Shown here one piece after another: positions 17,704-26,531 of a DNA stretch of 64,000 nucleotides. The position numbers and the translations under genes are program-made. This DNA is from an uncultured Candidatus Rokubacteria bacterium (lineage in GTDB: Bacteria; Methylomirabilota; Methylomirabilia; Rokubacteriales; CSP1-6). The DNA lies in assembly GCA_963754315.1 (NCBI GenBank), contig CAVWFS010000007.1:608001-672000 (forward strand), written 5' to 3'. Below the pieces are notes generated by a model, which saw nothing but the letters and a program-made list of their open reading frames with translations, was not told where the DNA came from and ran no database searches. Position 1 is the first letter of the stretch; every line of letters starts with the position of its first letter.

Positions 17704-17976
17704 ATGATGGACGCAGCGGACGACTATCTGACGGCCGACCAGGCGGCGCGCCAGCTGGGCATCAAGCGCGCCACCCTCTACGCGTACGTCAGTCGGGGAA
17801 TCCTGCGCAGCTACCGCCAGGGTATCAAGCGCGAGCGCCTCTATCTTCGCGCGGACGTCGATCGCCTGCTCCGCGTCGCCCCCAGCGGGGCGGGCCCAAC
17901 CGAGCCGACGAAGGCGCCCTCGACCCGGCTGCGCGAATGGGACATTCCTCTCGCCGAAACCTGGATGCGAGATTGA
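17704..17976 (+). CDS. Excisionase/BldC-like (HTH_17) DNA-binding protein
   Basis: YLTADQAARQLGIKRATLYAYVSRGIL...RLYLRADVDRL resembles the N-terminal HTH of citrate-synthase-like regulators. Confidence 0.85.
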   Translation: MMDAADDYLTADQAARQLGIKRATLYAYVSRGILRSYRQGIKRERLYLRADVDRLLRVAPSGAGPTEPTKAPSTRLREWDIPLAETWMRD

Positions 17977-18046
17977 TCCCACCTGGGGCCGAGTTAACCG
18001 GGTCCTCGTCGCCCACGATATCACCCTGGGCGAGCGATCTCTGCAC

Positions 18047-18117
18047 GAGGGGCCGCGATCTGGCCCCTCTCTTTCCCCCCGGGCTCGGAGCGCCTCAGGT
18101 AACCCGGGCGCTCCCCG
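18047..18117 (+). repeat. Single copy of the double-hairpin intergenic repeat
   Basis: GAGGGGCC-GCGATCT-GGCCCCTC, a C-rich linker, then GCTC-GGAGCGCC...GGCGCTCC. Homologous to the copies at 49111 and 56093. Confidence 0.7.
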
Positions 18118-18120
18118 ATG

Positions 18121-19164
18121 TCACTTGGTGGCGGCGGTTTTCGCGAGCTCCCGCTCGATGACGCGTTGAAATTCCGCCAGCGGTAGGTTCCCGACTAAGG
18201 GTCGCCCGTTGATGAAGAACGTGGGAGTGCCGGTGACCCCGAGTTGGGCGCCGGCAGCCACATCAGCGGCCACGGCGGCGCGATGACGCCGGCTATCCAT
18301 GCATTGAGCGAAGGCGCTCGCTTCCAGCCCGACCTGGGCCGCGTACCGCTTGAGCGCGTCGGGTGTCAGATTGGTCTCGGCGAAGAGCACATCGTGGTAC
18401 GGCCAGAATTTCCCCTGGTCACCAGCGCAGCGCGCGGCTTCGTGGGCGAGCGGGGCCTCGGGGTGTAGGTTCTCGAGCGGGAAGTCCCGAAACACCCAGC
18501 GGACACGGTCCGGATAGCGGGCAGCCACATCTTTGAGCGTGGCCACCACCGAGCGACAGTACGGACACTGGAAGTCGGAAAACTCCACGATGGTAACCGG
18601 GGCCTCCCGCAAGCCGCGGGCGAAACCAACGTTGGGATCCACCTTCACCCGGATCGGCTCAGGCTCCTTGAGGTACACCTGGACGGGGGTCTGTGCCCGA
18701 AGGCTGGCGACGTACGCGTCGCGACGTTGATTCAGACGTTGCTGACGGAGGAAATCGGCCACCTTGCTGCGCACCTCGGCGCCATCGGGTTGACGGATAC
18801 GGGCGCGATTCTGATTGATGAAATCGGTCACGTCCGCCTCGGTCACGGCAATCACCTTGGCCTCGATCTCGTCGCGGACCAACGCGTCGACCTCCATTCC
18901 GCGGCGCTTCGCCTCCTGAGCCAGCAAGCGCTCGGCGATGAGCTGGTTCAACCTTCCCGTCAGGAGATCCTGGCGTTGCTGGTCCAGGCGGGACAACTCG
19001 GTGGCCAAAATCTGCTCCAACTCGGCCACGGAGATCGTGTCGCCACCGACCCGGGCCGCCGTCCCCGCCGGGACTTCCGGACTCTGGGCGAACGCTGCCG
19101 CCCCGCCGCCCAGCATGACGGCCACCAGCGCGGTGCCGAGCATCGATTGGCGTCGCCTCCTCAT
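18121..19164 (-). CDS. Exported DsbA-family thioredoxin-fold protein with a SurA-N-like helical domain
   Basis: Signal peptide; IVEFSDFQCPYC; GVTGTPTFFING. ATGA overlap with the puuE stop. Confidence 0.88.
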   Translation of the reverse strand: MRRRRQSMLGTALVAVMLGGGAAAFAQSPEVPAGTAARVGGDTISVAELEQILATELSRLDQQRQDLLTGRLNQLIAERLLAQEAKRRGMEVDALVRDEIEAKVIAVTEADVTDFINQNRARIRQPDGAEVRSKVADFLRQQRLNQRRDAYVASLRAQTPVQVYLKEPEPIRVKVDPNVGFARGLREAPVTIVEFSDFQCPYCRSVVATLKDVAARYPDRVRWVFRDFPLENLHPEAPLAHEAARCAGDQGKFWPYHDVLFAETNLTPDALKRYAAQVGLEASAFAQCMDSRRHRAAVAADVAAGAQLGVTGTPTFFINGRPLVGNLPLAEFQRVIERELAKTAATK

Positions 19165-20078
19165 GATTGGCTCCTTGGTGTGTAGGGGTGATGAGCAATC
19201 CAGTGCCGGGCGATGTCCAGGCGCCGGCAGATCCAAACCCTATCGTGTCGCAGCACGTGATCCAGAAAGCGCCCCAGGGCCGCCGCGCGCCCGGGGCGGC
19301 CCATGAGCCGCATGTGAAGTCCCACCGACATCATGGCAGGGTACTCGGCTCCCTCGGCGTACAGCACGTCGAAGGCGTCGCGCAGGTAGGCCAGCCACTC
19401 GTCTCCCGTGCTGAAGCCCTGCGGGGTTGCGAACTTCATGTCGTTGTTGTCGAGGGTGTATGGGACAACGAGGTGAGGCTTCCCGCTCACCAGGTCCCAG
19501 TATGGCAGGTCGTCGTTGTAGGCGTCGGCGTCGTAGAGGAAGCCGCCTTCCTCGACGACCAAGCGACGTGTATTGGGCCCCAGACGTCCGGTGTACCAGC
19601 CGAGGGGCCGGCTTCCCGTGGCCCGGGTGATGCTCTCCACGGCGAGTCGGAGATGCTCGCGCTCCACGTCCTCGCTCACGAACTGGTAGTCGAGCCACCG
19701 ATAGCCGTGGCTCACGACCTCGTGGCCGGCCTCGACGATGGCGGCCGCCGCCTCCGGATTCCGCTCGAGAGCCATTCCCACCGCGAAGACGCTGATGCTG
19801 AGCTGGCGCTCGGCGAAGATCCGCATCAGCCGCCAGAAGCCCACGCGGCTGCCATACTCGTACATCGATTCCACCTGGAGGTTGCGGACTCCGGCCAGGG
19901 GTTGCATCCCCACGACTTCCTGCAGGAAGGCCTCGGACTCCTGGTCGCCGTGGAGAAGGCAGCGCTCGCCCCCCTCCTCGTAGTTCATGACGATCTGCAA
20001 GGCCAGCCGCGCTCCGCCTGGCCACTTGGGATCGGGGCGAGTTCTGCCGTACCCGATCAGGTCGCGCGCGTAGCTCAC
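19161..20078 (-). CDS. puuE: Allantoinase PuuE (polysaccharide-deacetylase fold)
   Basis: RDLIGYG, WPGGARLALQIVMNYEEGGE, ESMYEYGSRVGFWRL, GWYTGR, PYTLDNNDMKF. Confidence 0.93.
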   Translation of the reverse strand: MSYARDLIGYGRTRPDPKWPGGARLALQIVMNYEEGGERCLLHGDQESEAFLQEVVGMQPLAGVRNLQVESMYEYGSRVGFWRLMRIFAERQLSISVFAVGMALERNPEAAAAIVEAGHEVVSHGYRWLDYQFVSEDVEREHLRLAVESITRATGSRPLGWYTGRLGPNTRRLVVEEGGFLYDADAYNDDLPYWDLVSGKPHLVVPYTLDNNDMKFATPQGFSTGDEWLAYLRDAFDVLYAEGAEYPAMMSVGLHMRLMGRPGRAAALGRFLDHVLRHDRVWICRRLDIARHWIAHHPYTPRSQS

Positions 20079-21322
20079 AGGCGCCCGATCCCATCCGCGC
20101 CGAGGCTGTCGTGGGCGCGGTGGGCGTGGTCCTCCCCGGTCGCTGCATAGTGAGCCAGAGCTGCATCGACTGCGGCGCCGGCCGGGACCGACCAGCCCTC
20201 GCGGCGGAGCACGGATTCCAGAGCGGCCAGCCCGAGCAAGATGTGCGTTCGCCGCGCCGAGTAGCCCATCGTCCCGATCCGCCAGATGCGGCCCTGAAGG
20301 GGTCCGAAGGCCGCGCCGATCTCGACGCCGAAGTCATCGATCAGCCGCCGACGCACCCTCAGCTCGTCAATCCCTTCTGGCACCACCACCGGGGTGATGA
20401 AGGGCAGCCGGTGCTCGGGCGGCTCCTTGCCGAAGAACGTGAGGCCCATGGCCATGAGGCCCGCCCGCAACGCATCACCATGGAGACGATGGCGGGCGAA
20501 TCGCGCCGACAGTCCCTCGCCCTGAATGGCCCGCAGCGCCTCCCGTAGCCCATAGACCATCGATGTGGGAGCCGTGTGGTGGTTGAAGCGGGCCGGGCTC
20601 CAGTAATCGATGAGCTGCCCGAGGTCGAGATAGTTGCTGCGCACCGGGTGGCGGCGCGATCGAATGGCCGTCTGGACCGCTGTGTTGAACGTCACCGGCG
20701 CCAGCCCGGATGGGCAGCTCAAGCACTTCTGGGTGCCGGCCACTGCGACGTCGACACCCCAGCGGTCCACCGCAACCTCGCAGCCGCCGAGTGTCACCAC
20801 AGCGTCAGTCAGCAGCAGAGCCTCATAGGCGTGCGTGAGACGGACAATCTCCGGGAGCGGCTGCAACACGCCCGTGGACGTTTCTCCGTGGACGGTGGCT
20901 ACGAGCTTGGTCCGGCCACCCTGCAGGGCCACTTCCAGTGCCGCCGGGTCAATAACTCGTCCCCATTCGCCACGCACGACGACGACCTCGGCGCCACAGC
21001 GTTGGGCGATCTCGACCAGGAGCAGGCCGAAGCGCCCGCACTCCGCCACCACCACACGGTCGCCGGGCTCGACGATCGAGCCGATGGCAGCCTCCAGGCC
21101 GGCTCGCCCGGTCCCCGAGACGGGGAAGGTGCACGGGTTATCGGTCTGGAAAGCAAATCGCAAGAGAGCCATCACCTCGTTCATGATGGCGGTGAACTCC
21201 GGATCGAACTGACCGAGGAGCGGAGTGGCCAAGACGCGCAGCACGCGCGGGTCGGCCATGGTGGGTCCGGGACCAAGCAGGATGCGGGTCCCAGGCGACA
21301 GATCGTCGAGCGGATCACTCAT
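20075..21322 (-). CDS. pucG: Class V PLP aminotransferase, probable (S)-ureidoglycine-glyoxylate transaminase
   Basis: LLGPGP, LGQFDPEF, HGETSTG, GTQKCLS, NHHTAPTSM, GPLQGRIWRIGTMG. GTGA-coupled to puuE. Confidence 0.8.
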   Translation of the reverse strand: MSDPLDDLSPGTRILLGPGPTMADPRVLRVLATPLLGQFDPEFTAIMNEVMALLRFAFQTDNPCTFPVSGTGRAGLEAAIGSIVEPGDRVVVAECGRFGLLLVEIAQRCGAEVVVVRGEWGRVIDPAALEVALQGGRTKLVATVHGETSTGVLQPLPEIVRLTHAYEALLLTDAVVTLGGCEVAVDRWGVDVAVAGTQKCLSCPSGLAPVTFNTAVQTAIRSRRHPVRSNYLDLGQLIDYWSPARFNHHTAPTSMVYGLREALRAIQGEGLSARFARHRLHGDALRAGLMAMGLTFFGKEPPEHRLPFITPVVVPEGIDELRVRRRLIDDFGVEIGAAFGPLQGRIWRIGTMGYSARRTHILLGLAALESVLRREGWSVPAGAAVDAALAHYAATGEDHAHRAHDSLGADGIGRL

Positions 21323-21387
21323 TGCCTTGACCTTACCCGAAACCGATTCTCCTTGCCGCCTATCCAAAAATCCGCCACATTTCGCGC

Positions 21388-22251
21388 GTGCCCCGGCGCC
21401 TGTCCCTGCGAGCGCTGAACGACATGGACCGGACCGCCTTCACGCGTGCCCTTGGATCCGTCTTCGAGGGTTCCGCCTGGGTGGCTGAGCGGACGTGGGA
21501 GGCGCGGCCGTTTGCCACGGTGGCCACCCTACACGCGGCGATGGTATCAGCCGTACGGCGGGCGCCAGAGCCAGAGCAGTTGACCCTCCTGCGAGCGCAC
21601 CCCGACCTGGGTGACCGGGCGACGCGGGCGAGCGCCCTGAGCGAAAGCTCAGAAGCTGAGCAGGCGGCGGCGGGCCTCGATCGCCTGACGGAAGCAGACT
21701 ACGATCGCTTCCAGCGTCTCAACACAGCCTATCGCGAGACGTTCGGCTTTCCCTTCATCATCGCGGCCCGCAACCACGACGTGAACGGCATCCTGGCCGC
21801 GTTCGAGCAGCGCCTCCTCCACTCACGCATCCAGGAGGTCGAGACGGCCCTCGCAGAGGTCGCCGACATCGCCAGGTTCCGGCTGGAGGCGCTCGTGGTC
21901 GTACCGACCCTCACCACCCATGTTCTCGACACGGCCCACGGCTGCCCTGCGAGCGGACTCCGCATCGACCTGTCCGTGATCGCTCCCGACGGCGGTGCTC
22001 GGCTGCTCAAGACCGTGATGACCAACAGCGACGGCCGCACCGACGGACCGCTGCTGACTGACCTCGACGTGGGGCATTATGAGATCGCGTTCCACGTCGG
22101 CGCCTACTTCCGGAGGCTCGGCGCGAGCACGGCCGATCCGCCATTCCTGGAGGTGGTGCCCGTGCGGTTCGCGGTGGCTGATCCCCACCGCCACTACCAC
22201 GTGCCTCTCCTCGTGGCCCCCTGGAGCTATACGACGTACCGCGGGAGCTAG
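21388..22251 (+). CDS. uraD: Fused OHCU decarboxylase (UraD) and 5-hydroxyisourate hydrolase (UraH)
   Basis: UraD motifs LRAHPDLG, SEAEQAAAGL, FGFPFII, followed in frame by UraH motifs LTTHVLDTAHG, TNSDGR, HYHVPLL and terminal YRGS. Confidence 0.92.
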   Translation: MPRRLSLRALNDMDRTAFTRALGSVFEGSAWVAERTWEARPFATVATLHAAMVSAVRRAPEPEQLTLLRAHPDLGDRATRASALSESSEAEQAAAGLDRLTEADYDRFQRLNTAYRETFGFPFIIAARNHDVNGILAAFEQRLLHSRIQEVETALAEVADIARFRLEALVVVPTLTTHVLDTAHGCPASGLRIDLSVIAPDGGARLLKTVMTNSDGRTDGPLLTDLDVGHYEIAFHVGAYFRRLGASTADPPFLEVVPVRFAVADPHRHYHVPLLVAPWSYTTYRGS

Positions 22252-23612
22252 CCCGGGCTCGCGCGGACGCAGTGGTTCACGATCTCGAGGAAGTACTCGA
22301 TCTCTGCGTCGGTGACGGCAGTCGAAACACATCCGAGACCCGAGGGTGAGATCAGGACGCCGTGGTTCAGGAGTGCTCGGTGGAGCTCGTCGAAGCGTTT
22401 GCGCTCCCCCTCGTCGGTCAGGGTGCTGCGGTAGTCGACAAATGCCTGCTCCGCGGGGTGGATGCGAAAGAGCGAGCCCATCCCCGTGATGGCGCCCGCC
22501 ACACCGGCCCGGTCTAGGCAAGCCCGGAACCCGGTGCGGAGTTTCTCACCGAGCTCCTCCAGCCTGCCGTAGGCCGTCTCGTCCATCAGGCGCATGGCCG
22601 CCAGTCCCGCCGCCATGGTGACCGGATTGGCGTTGAAGGTGCCTCCGTGAGGGACAACCGGTTTGCCGCCGCGCGGATCGAAGACGTCCATGACGTCAGC
22701 TCGTCCCCCCACGGCGCCCACCGGGAACCCGCCACCGATGATCTTTCCGAATGTGGTCAGGTCGGGTCGGACGCCGAAGGCGCCCTGCGCCCCCCGGTAC
22801 CCGACCCGGAACGAAATCACCTCGTCGAAGATCAGGAGGATTCCGTGAGCGGCCGTGACCGCGCGGATGGCGTGCAGGAATTCGGCGCGGGCGGGGATCA
22901 GCCCGACACGATTGGGAATGGGGTCCACGATCACCGCCGCCAGTTCGCCGGCCTCGCGCTCGATGCGCGCGGCCGCCAGCCTCGTGTGGTTGAAGGGCAG
23001 CACGACCACCTCATCCAGCACGGAGGGCGGCGTGCCCTTGCAGTACGCGACGCTCGTGGGAGCTTCGAGCGCTCCCCAGTCGGCCGGCGAAGAGCTGAGG
23101 CTCACCTCCGCCCAGTCGTAGGAGCCGTGGTAGGCGCCCTCGAACTTTGCGATCCGATGCCGACCGGTGAACCCGCGGGCCGCCTTGATGGCCATCATGA
23201 CCGCCTCGCTGCCCGAGTTGGTGAACCGAACCCGCTCGACACTGGGGACCCGGTCCACCAGGAGGGCGGCCAGTTGGATCTCCTCGGCCGTCGGCAGCGG
23301 AAACGAGGCACCGCGGGACAGTCGACGGGCGGCCGCTTCCGTCACCGCGGGGTGGGCGTGGCCGTGGATCAGCGCGGTGTAGTTGTTCAGCAAGTCGAGG
23401 CGCCGCTCGCCATCCACGTCGACCAGCCAACACCCCTCACCTTCGGCGGCATAGACGGGCCGCGGCGACATGAACACGGTCGTACGCGAGTTACCGCCCG
23501 GAAGAACCTTCTGCGCCTCAAGCCATAGACGCGCCGACTCGGAGTCGGGGCGCGTGTAGGCGGTGGTGGTGGGGACTGTTCTGGTCGACGCCTGGTCGGT
23601 GGTAGACCCCAT
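22248..23612 (-). CDS. Class III PLP aminotransferase, glutamate-1-semialdehyde aminomutase-like
   Basis: LPGGNSR, RFTNSGSEA, KFEGAYHG, FDEVISFR, FGKIIGGGFPVGA, HGGTFNANP. Confidence 0.88.
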   Translation of the reverse strand: MGSTTDQASTRTVPTTTAYTRPDSESARLWLEAQKVLPGGNSRTTVFMSPRPVYAAEGEGCWLVDVDGERRLDLLNNYTALIHGHAHPAVTEAAARRLSRGASFPLPTAEEIQLAALLVDRVPSVERVRFTNSGSEAVMMAIKAARGFTGRHRIAKFEGAYHGSYDWAEVSLSSSPADWGALEAPTSVAYCKGTPPSVLDEVVVLPFNHTRLAAARIEREAGELAAVIVDPIPNRVGLIPARAEFLHAIRAVTAAHGILLIFDEVISFRVGYRGAQGAFGVRPDLTTFGKIIGGGFPVGAVGGRADVMDVFDPRGGKPVVPHGGTFNANPVTMAAGLAAMRLMDETAYGRLEELGEKLRTGFRACLDRAGVAGAITGMGSLFRIHPAEQAFVDYRSTLTDEGERKRFDELHRALLNHGVLISPSGLGCVSTAVTDAEIEYFLEIVNHCVRASPG

Positions 23613-23717
23613 CGTGCGCTCCCTAGCCTACAATGCGAAGGCCAGACCCGAGCGTACGCGAAAATGAGCCGCTCACAAAGGGGCACCACCTAGCCGGGCG
23701 AAGGCACGGGAGGACCC

Positions 23718-24893
23718 ATGAAGATCGCGAGCGTGGAATCACTGCATGCCGATGCCGGACAGCGCACATTTGACTTCCTCAAGATCACCACCGACGACGG
23801 GCTCGTGGGCTGGAGCGAGTACAACGAATCGTTCGGCGGTCCCGGCGTATCGGTCGTCATCGAGCGGCTGGCCCCCACCATCGTCGGCAAGGATCCCCGC
23901 GCCTACGAGTCACTGGTAGCCCTCATGTACGCGGTGCGGCGTCAGGCCAGCGGAGGCATCGCCCAGCAGGCCATCGGCGCCATCGAGAACGCGCTCCTCG
24001 ACATCAAGGCCAAGGCGCTGGGGGTGCCGGTCTACGAGCTGCTGGGAGGACCCATCCGCGATCGCATTCGCCTCTACTGGTCTCACTGTGGGACCTACCG
24101 TCTCGCCTGGTCGAAGGAGATGCAGCTGCCGCCCCTGCGCACGCTCGACGACGTCGTGAAGGCGGGACGGGAGGTCGCGGCTCGCGGCTTCACCGCTCTG
24201 AAGACGAATGTCTTCGTCCTGGGTCAAGACGCGCATCTGCATTCCCCGGGCTTCGCGCGCCGGGGGTGCTTCCCGGAGCTCAATGCCGAGCGGGCCGTGC
24301 TCAAGGCCATGCGCGAGGAGCTGGCTGCCTTCCGGGAAGGAGCCGGACCCGACATGGATATCCTGGTTGACCTGAACTTCAACTTCAAGACGGAGGGGTT
24401 CCTCAAGGTGGCGCGGGCGATCGAGCCTTTCGATATCTTCTGGGTGGAGATCGACACGCGCGACCCGAAGGCACTGCACTACATCCGCAGTCACACCACG
24501 ATCCCGGTTGCCTCCTGCGAGTGCCTCTTTGGCCGCCGCGACTATCGGCCTTATTTCGAACACTCCTCGGTCGACGTGGCTATCATCGACACGCCCTGGA
24601 ACGGCGTGGCCGAGTCCGTGAAGATCGCGGCGATGGCCGACGCCTACGAGGTCAACGTGGCTCCCCACAACTTCTACGGGCACCTGGCAACGTTGATGAA
24701 CGCCCACTTCTGCGCCGTCGTCCCCAACCTTCGTATCATGGAGATCGACCCCGACGTCGTCCCCTGGTACGACGACCTCGTGACCGAGCGGCCCGAGATC
24801 AAGGACGGCCACCTGATTCTGCCGACCCGGCCCGGCTGGGGCACGGAGGTCAACGAAGCGGCGGTGCGTGCCCATCCCCCGAAACGACGCTGA
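23718..24893 (+). CDS. Mandelate racemase/muconate lactonizing enzyme family dehydratase (DgoD-like)
   Basis: IENALLDIKAKALGVPVYELLGG, metal ligands in VDLN, WVE and SCE, APHN, RPGWG. SD GGAGG. Confidence 0.88.
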   Translation: MKIASVESLHADAGQRTFDFLKITTDDGLVGWSEYNESFGGPGVSVVIERLAPTIVGKDPRAYESLVALMYAVRRQASGGIAQQAIGAIENALLDIKAKALGVPVYELLGGPIRDRIRLYWSHCGTYRLAWSKEMQLPPLRTLDDVVKAGREVAARGFTALKTNVFVLGQDAHLHSPGFARRGCFPELNAERAVLKAMREELAAFREGAGPDMDILVDLNFNFKTEGFLKVARAIEPFDIFWVEIDTRDPKALHYIRSHTTIPVASCECLFGRRDYRPYFEHSSVDVAIIDTPWNGVAESVKIAAMADAYEVNVAPHNFYGHLATLMNAHFCAVVPNLRIMEIDPDVVPWYDDLVTERPEIKDGHLILPTRPGWGTEVNEAAVRAHPPKRR

Positions 24894-24939
24894 GCGAGCA
24901 CGGGACGCGCCTGACCGTCAAGCCGTCACGGCGTCAATA

Positions 24940-25127
24940 TTGGCGTAGGGGATCGCCCTGGGGTATCCTAAGAAAGTCTGGCTCGATCGTTGGTTCGTTC
25001 GAGAGCCTGTCGTTCCTTCCAGACCGCGTTTCCTCGCCGCTTCTTCCGCATCGTGGGGCGTGACCTGACCTGTCGCGGAAGACTGATTTGGGCCCAGACG
25101 TGCCTCAGCCAAGGAATGAAGCCAGTC
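24940..25127 (+). promoter_or_regulatory. Putative promoter and structured 5' leader of rhlE
   Basis: TTGGCG-N18-TATCCT, followed by stems GTCTGG/CCAGAC, CTCGA/TCGAG and TCTTCCGC/GCGGAAGA. Confidence 0.4.
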
Positions 25128-26363
25128 ATGTCGTTCACGTCCTTCGACCTCCACCCAGACCTTTTGCGAGCCCTGGACGAGCTGTCCTTCGCGGTGCCAA
25201 CCCCCATCCAGAAGGAAGCCATTCCTCCGGTGATGCGCGGGCGCGACGTTCTTGCCACCGCAGTGACCGGAAGCGGGAAGACGGCCGCCTTTCTGCTCCC
25301 GATCCTGCACCGTCTCCTAAGCAGCCGGCGTGGCGTCACCCGTGCGCTCGTGCTCACGCCCACCCGGGAGCTCGCGGCGCAGATCGACGAGCACCGGGAT
25401 CAGCTGGCGCGGCACACTCGGATCAAGGGCGCCGCCATCTTTGGAGGCGTCGGCATGCAGCCCCAGGAACACGCGTTCCGGCGCGGCGTCGACGTGCTGG
25501 TGGCGACACCTGGACGGCTCCTGGACCATCTGCAGTATCCGTACGCGCGGCTGGACGGGCTGGAGATCCTCGTGCTGGACGAAGCGGATCGGATGCTCGA
25601 CATGGGCTTCCTGCCGGACATCCGCCGCATTCTGAGGCAGCTGCCCGTCAGACGACAGACACTCCTCTTCTCGGCGACCATGCCGCCGCCCATCGTGACC
25701 CTCGCCCAGGAGCTCCTCCACGATCCCCTCGCCGTCAACGTGGGCCGTCCCACGACGCCGGCGGCCGGCATCGCCCAGACCGTCTATCCCGTCCCGCGGG
25801 AGCTGAAGTCTGCGCTGCTCCTCGAATTGCTGAAGGGCACGAGTTTGCGCAACGTCCTCGCGTTCACCCGGACGAAGCATCGCGCCAATCGTCTCGCCGA
25901 GTTCCTGAGTCGGCACGGGGTGGCGGCCGATCGGATCCACGGCAACCGCAGCCAGGCCCAACGTACGCAGGCGCTGGCGCAGTTCAAGGCGGGGCGCGTA
26001 CGCGTCCTCGTCGCCACCGACGTGGCTGCCCGCGGAATCGATATCACAGGACTCAGCCACGTGGTCAACTTCGATGTCCCGGGCGGGCCGGAAGACTATG
26101 TCCATCGGATCGGGCGAACGGCGCGGATGGAGGCCCTCGGCGATGCGCTGACCCTGGTGTCACCCGACGAGGAGGCAGGGTTCCGGGCCATCGAGCGATC
26201 CCTCGGCACGCGTCTGGTACGTGTGACGGTTCCCGAATTCGACTACCGGCAGAGACCGCGCGAGCAGTTCGAGGTCCCGCTGGCCGACCGTATCGCGGCC
26301 ATCCGCGCCCGCAAGAGTGGGGAGCGCGCCGCGGCCCGGCGCCGCGCCGTCCTGGTACGCTGA
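25128..26363 (+). CDS. rhlE: DEAD-box ATP-dependent RNA helicase (RhlE-like)
   Basis: Q motif PTPIQ, TGSGKT, PTRELA, TPGRL, DEAD, SAT, ARGID, HRIGRTAR. Confidence 0.92.
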   Translation: MSFTSFDLHPDLLRALDELSFAVPTPIQKEAIPPVMRGRDVLATAVTGSGKTAAFLLPILHRLLSSRRGVTRALVLTPTRELAAQIDEHRDQLARHTRIKGAAIFGGVGMQPQEHAFRRGVDVLVATPGRLLDHLQYPYARLDGLEILVLDEADRMLDMGFLPDIRRILRQLPVRRQTLLFSATMPPPIVTLAQELLHDPLAVNVGRPTTPAAGIAQTVYPVPRELKSALLLELLKGTSLRNVLAFTRTKHRANRLAEFLSRHGVAADRIHGNRSQAQRTQALAQFKAGRVRVLVATDVAARGIDITGLSHVVNFDVPGGPEDYVHRIGRTARMEALGDALTLVSPDEEAGFRAIERSLGTRLVRVTVPEFDYRQRPREQFEVPLADRIAAIRARKSGERAAARRRAVLVR

Positions 26364-26380
26364 TCGATTGATCATCGTCA

Positions 26381-26413
26381 GGGGGAGCGGCGCCGCTCCC
26401 CCCGACACCCCCC
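26381..26413 (+). terminator. GC-rich hairpin after rhlE (terminator-like or related to the repeat family)
   Basis: GGGGGAGCGG-CG-CCGCTCCCCC followed by a C-run rather than a U-tract. Confidence 0.35.
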
Positions 26414-26531
26414 ACCGGTCACCCGCGGCGGCGGCAGCTTCTGCGCGTCTCGCACATCGTCCGGCAAAGCGCCGCCGCTCCCCCGCACGCCGTAGTGTGA
26501 CGCAGGAATCATCGCGCGGTACCATGCGGGC

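Noticed and set aside
17704..17976. Prophage or ICE excisionase
   Set aside because: There is no integrase, att site, tRNA or phage gene nearby. The context matches citrate-synthase-associated HTH regulators.
22248..23612. Assignment as hemL
   Set aside because: It is GSAM-like, but PGGNSR replaces PGGVNSPVR and there is no hem gene context, so it is left as a class III aminotransferase.
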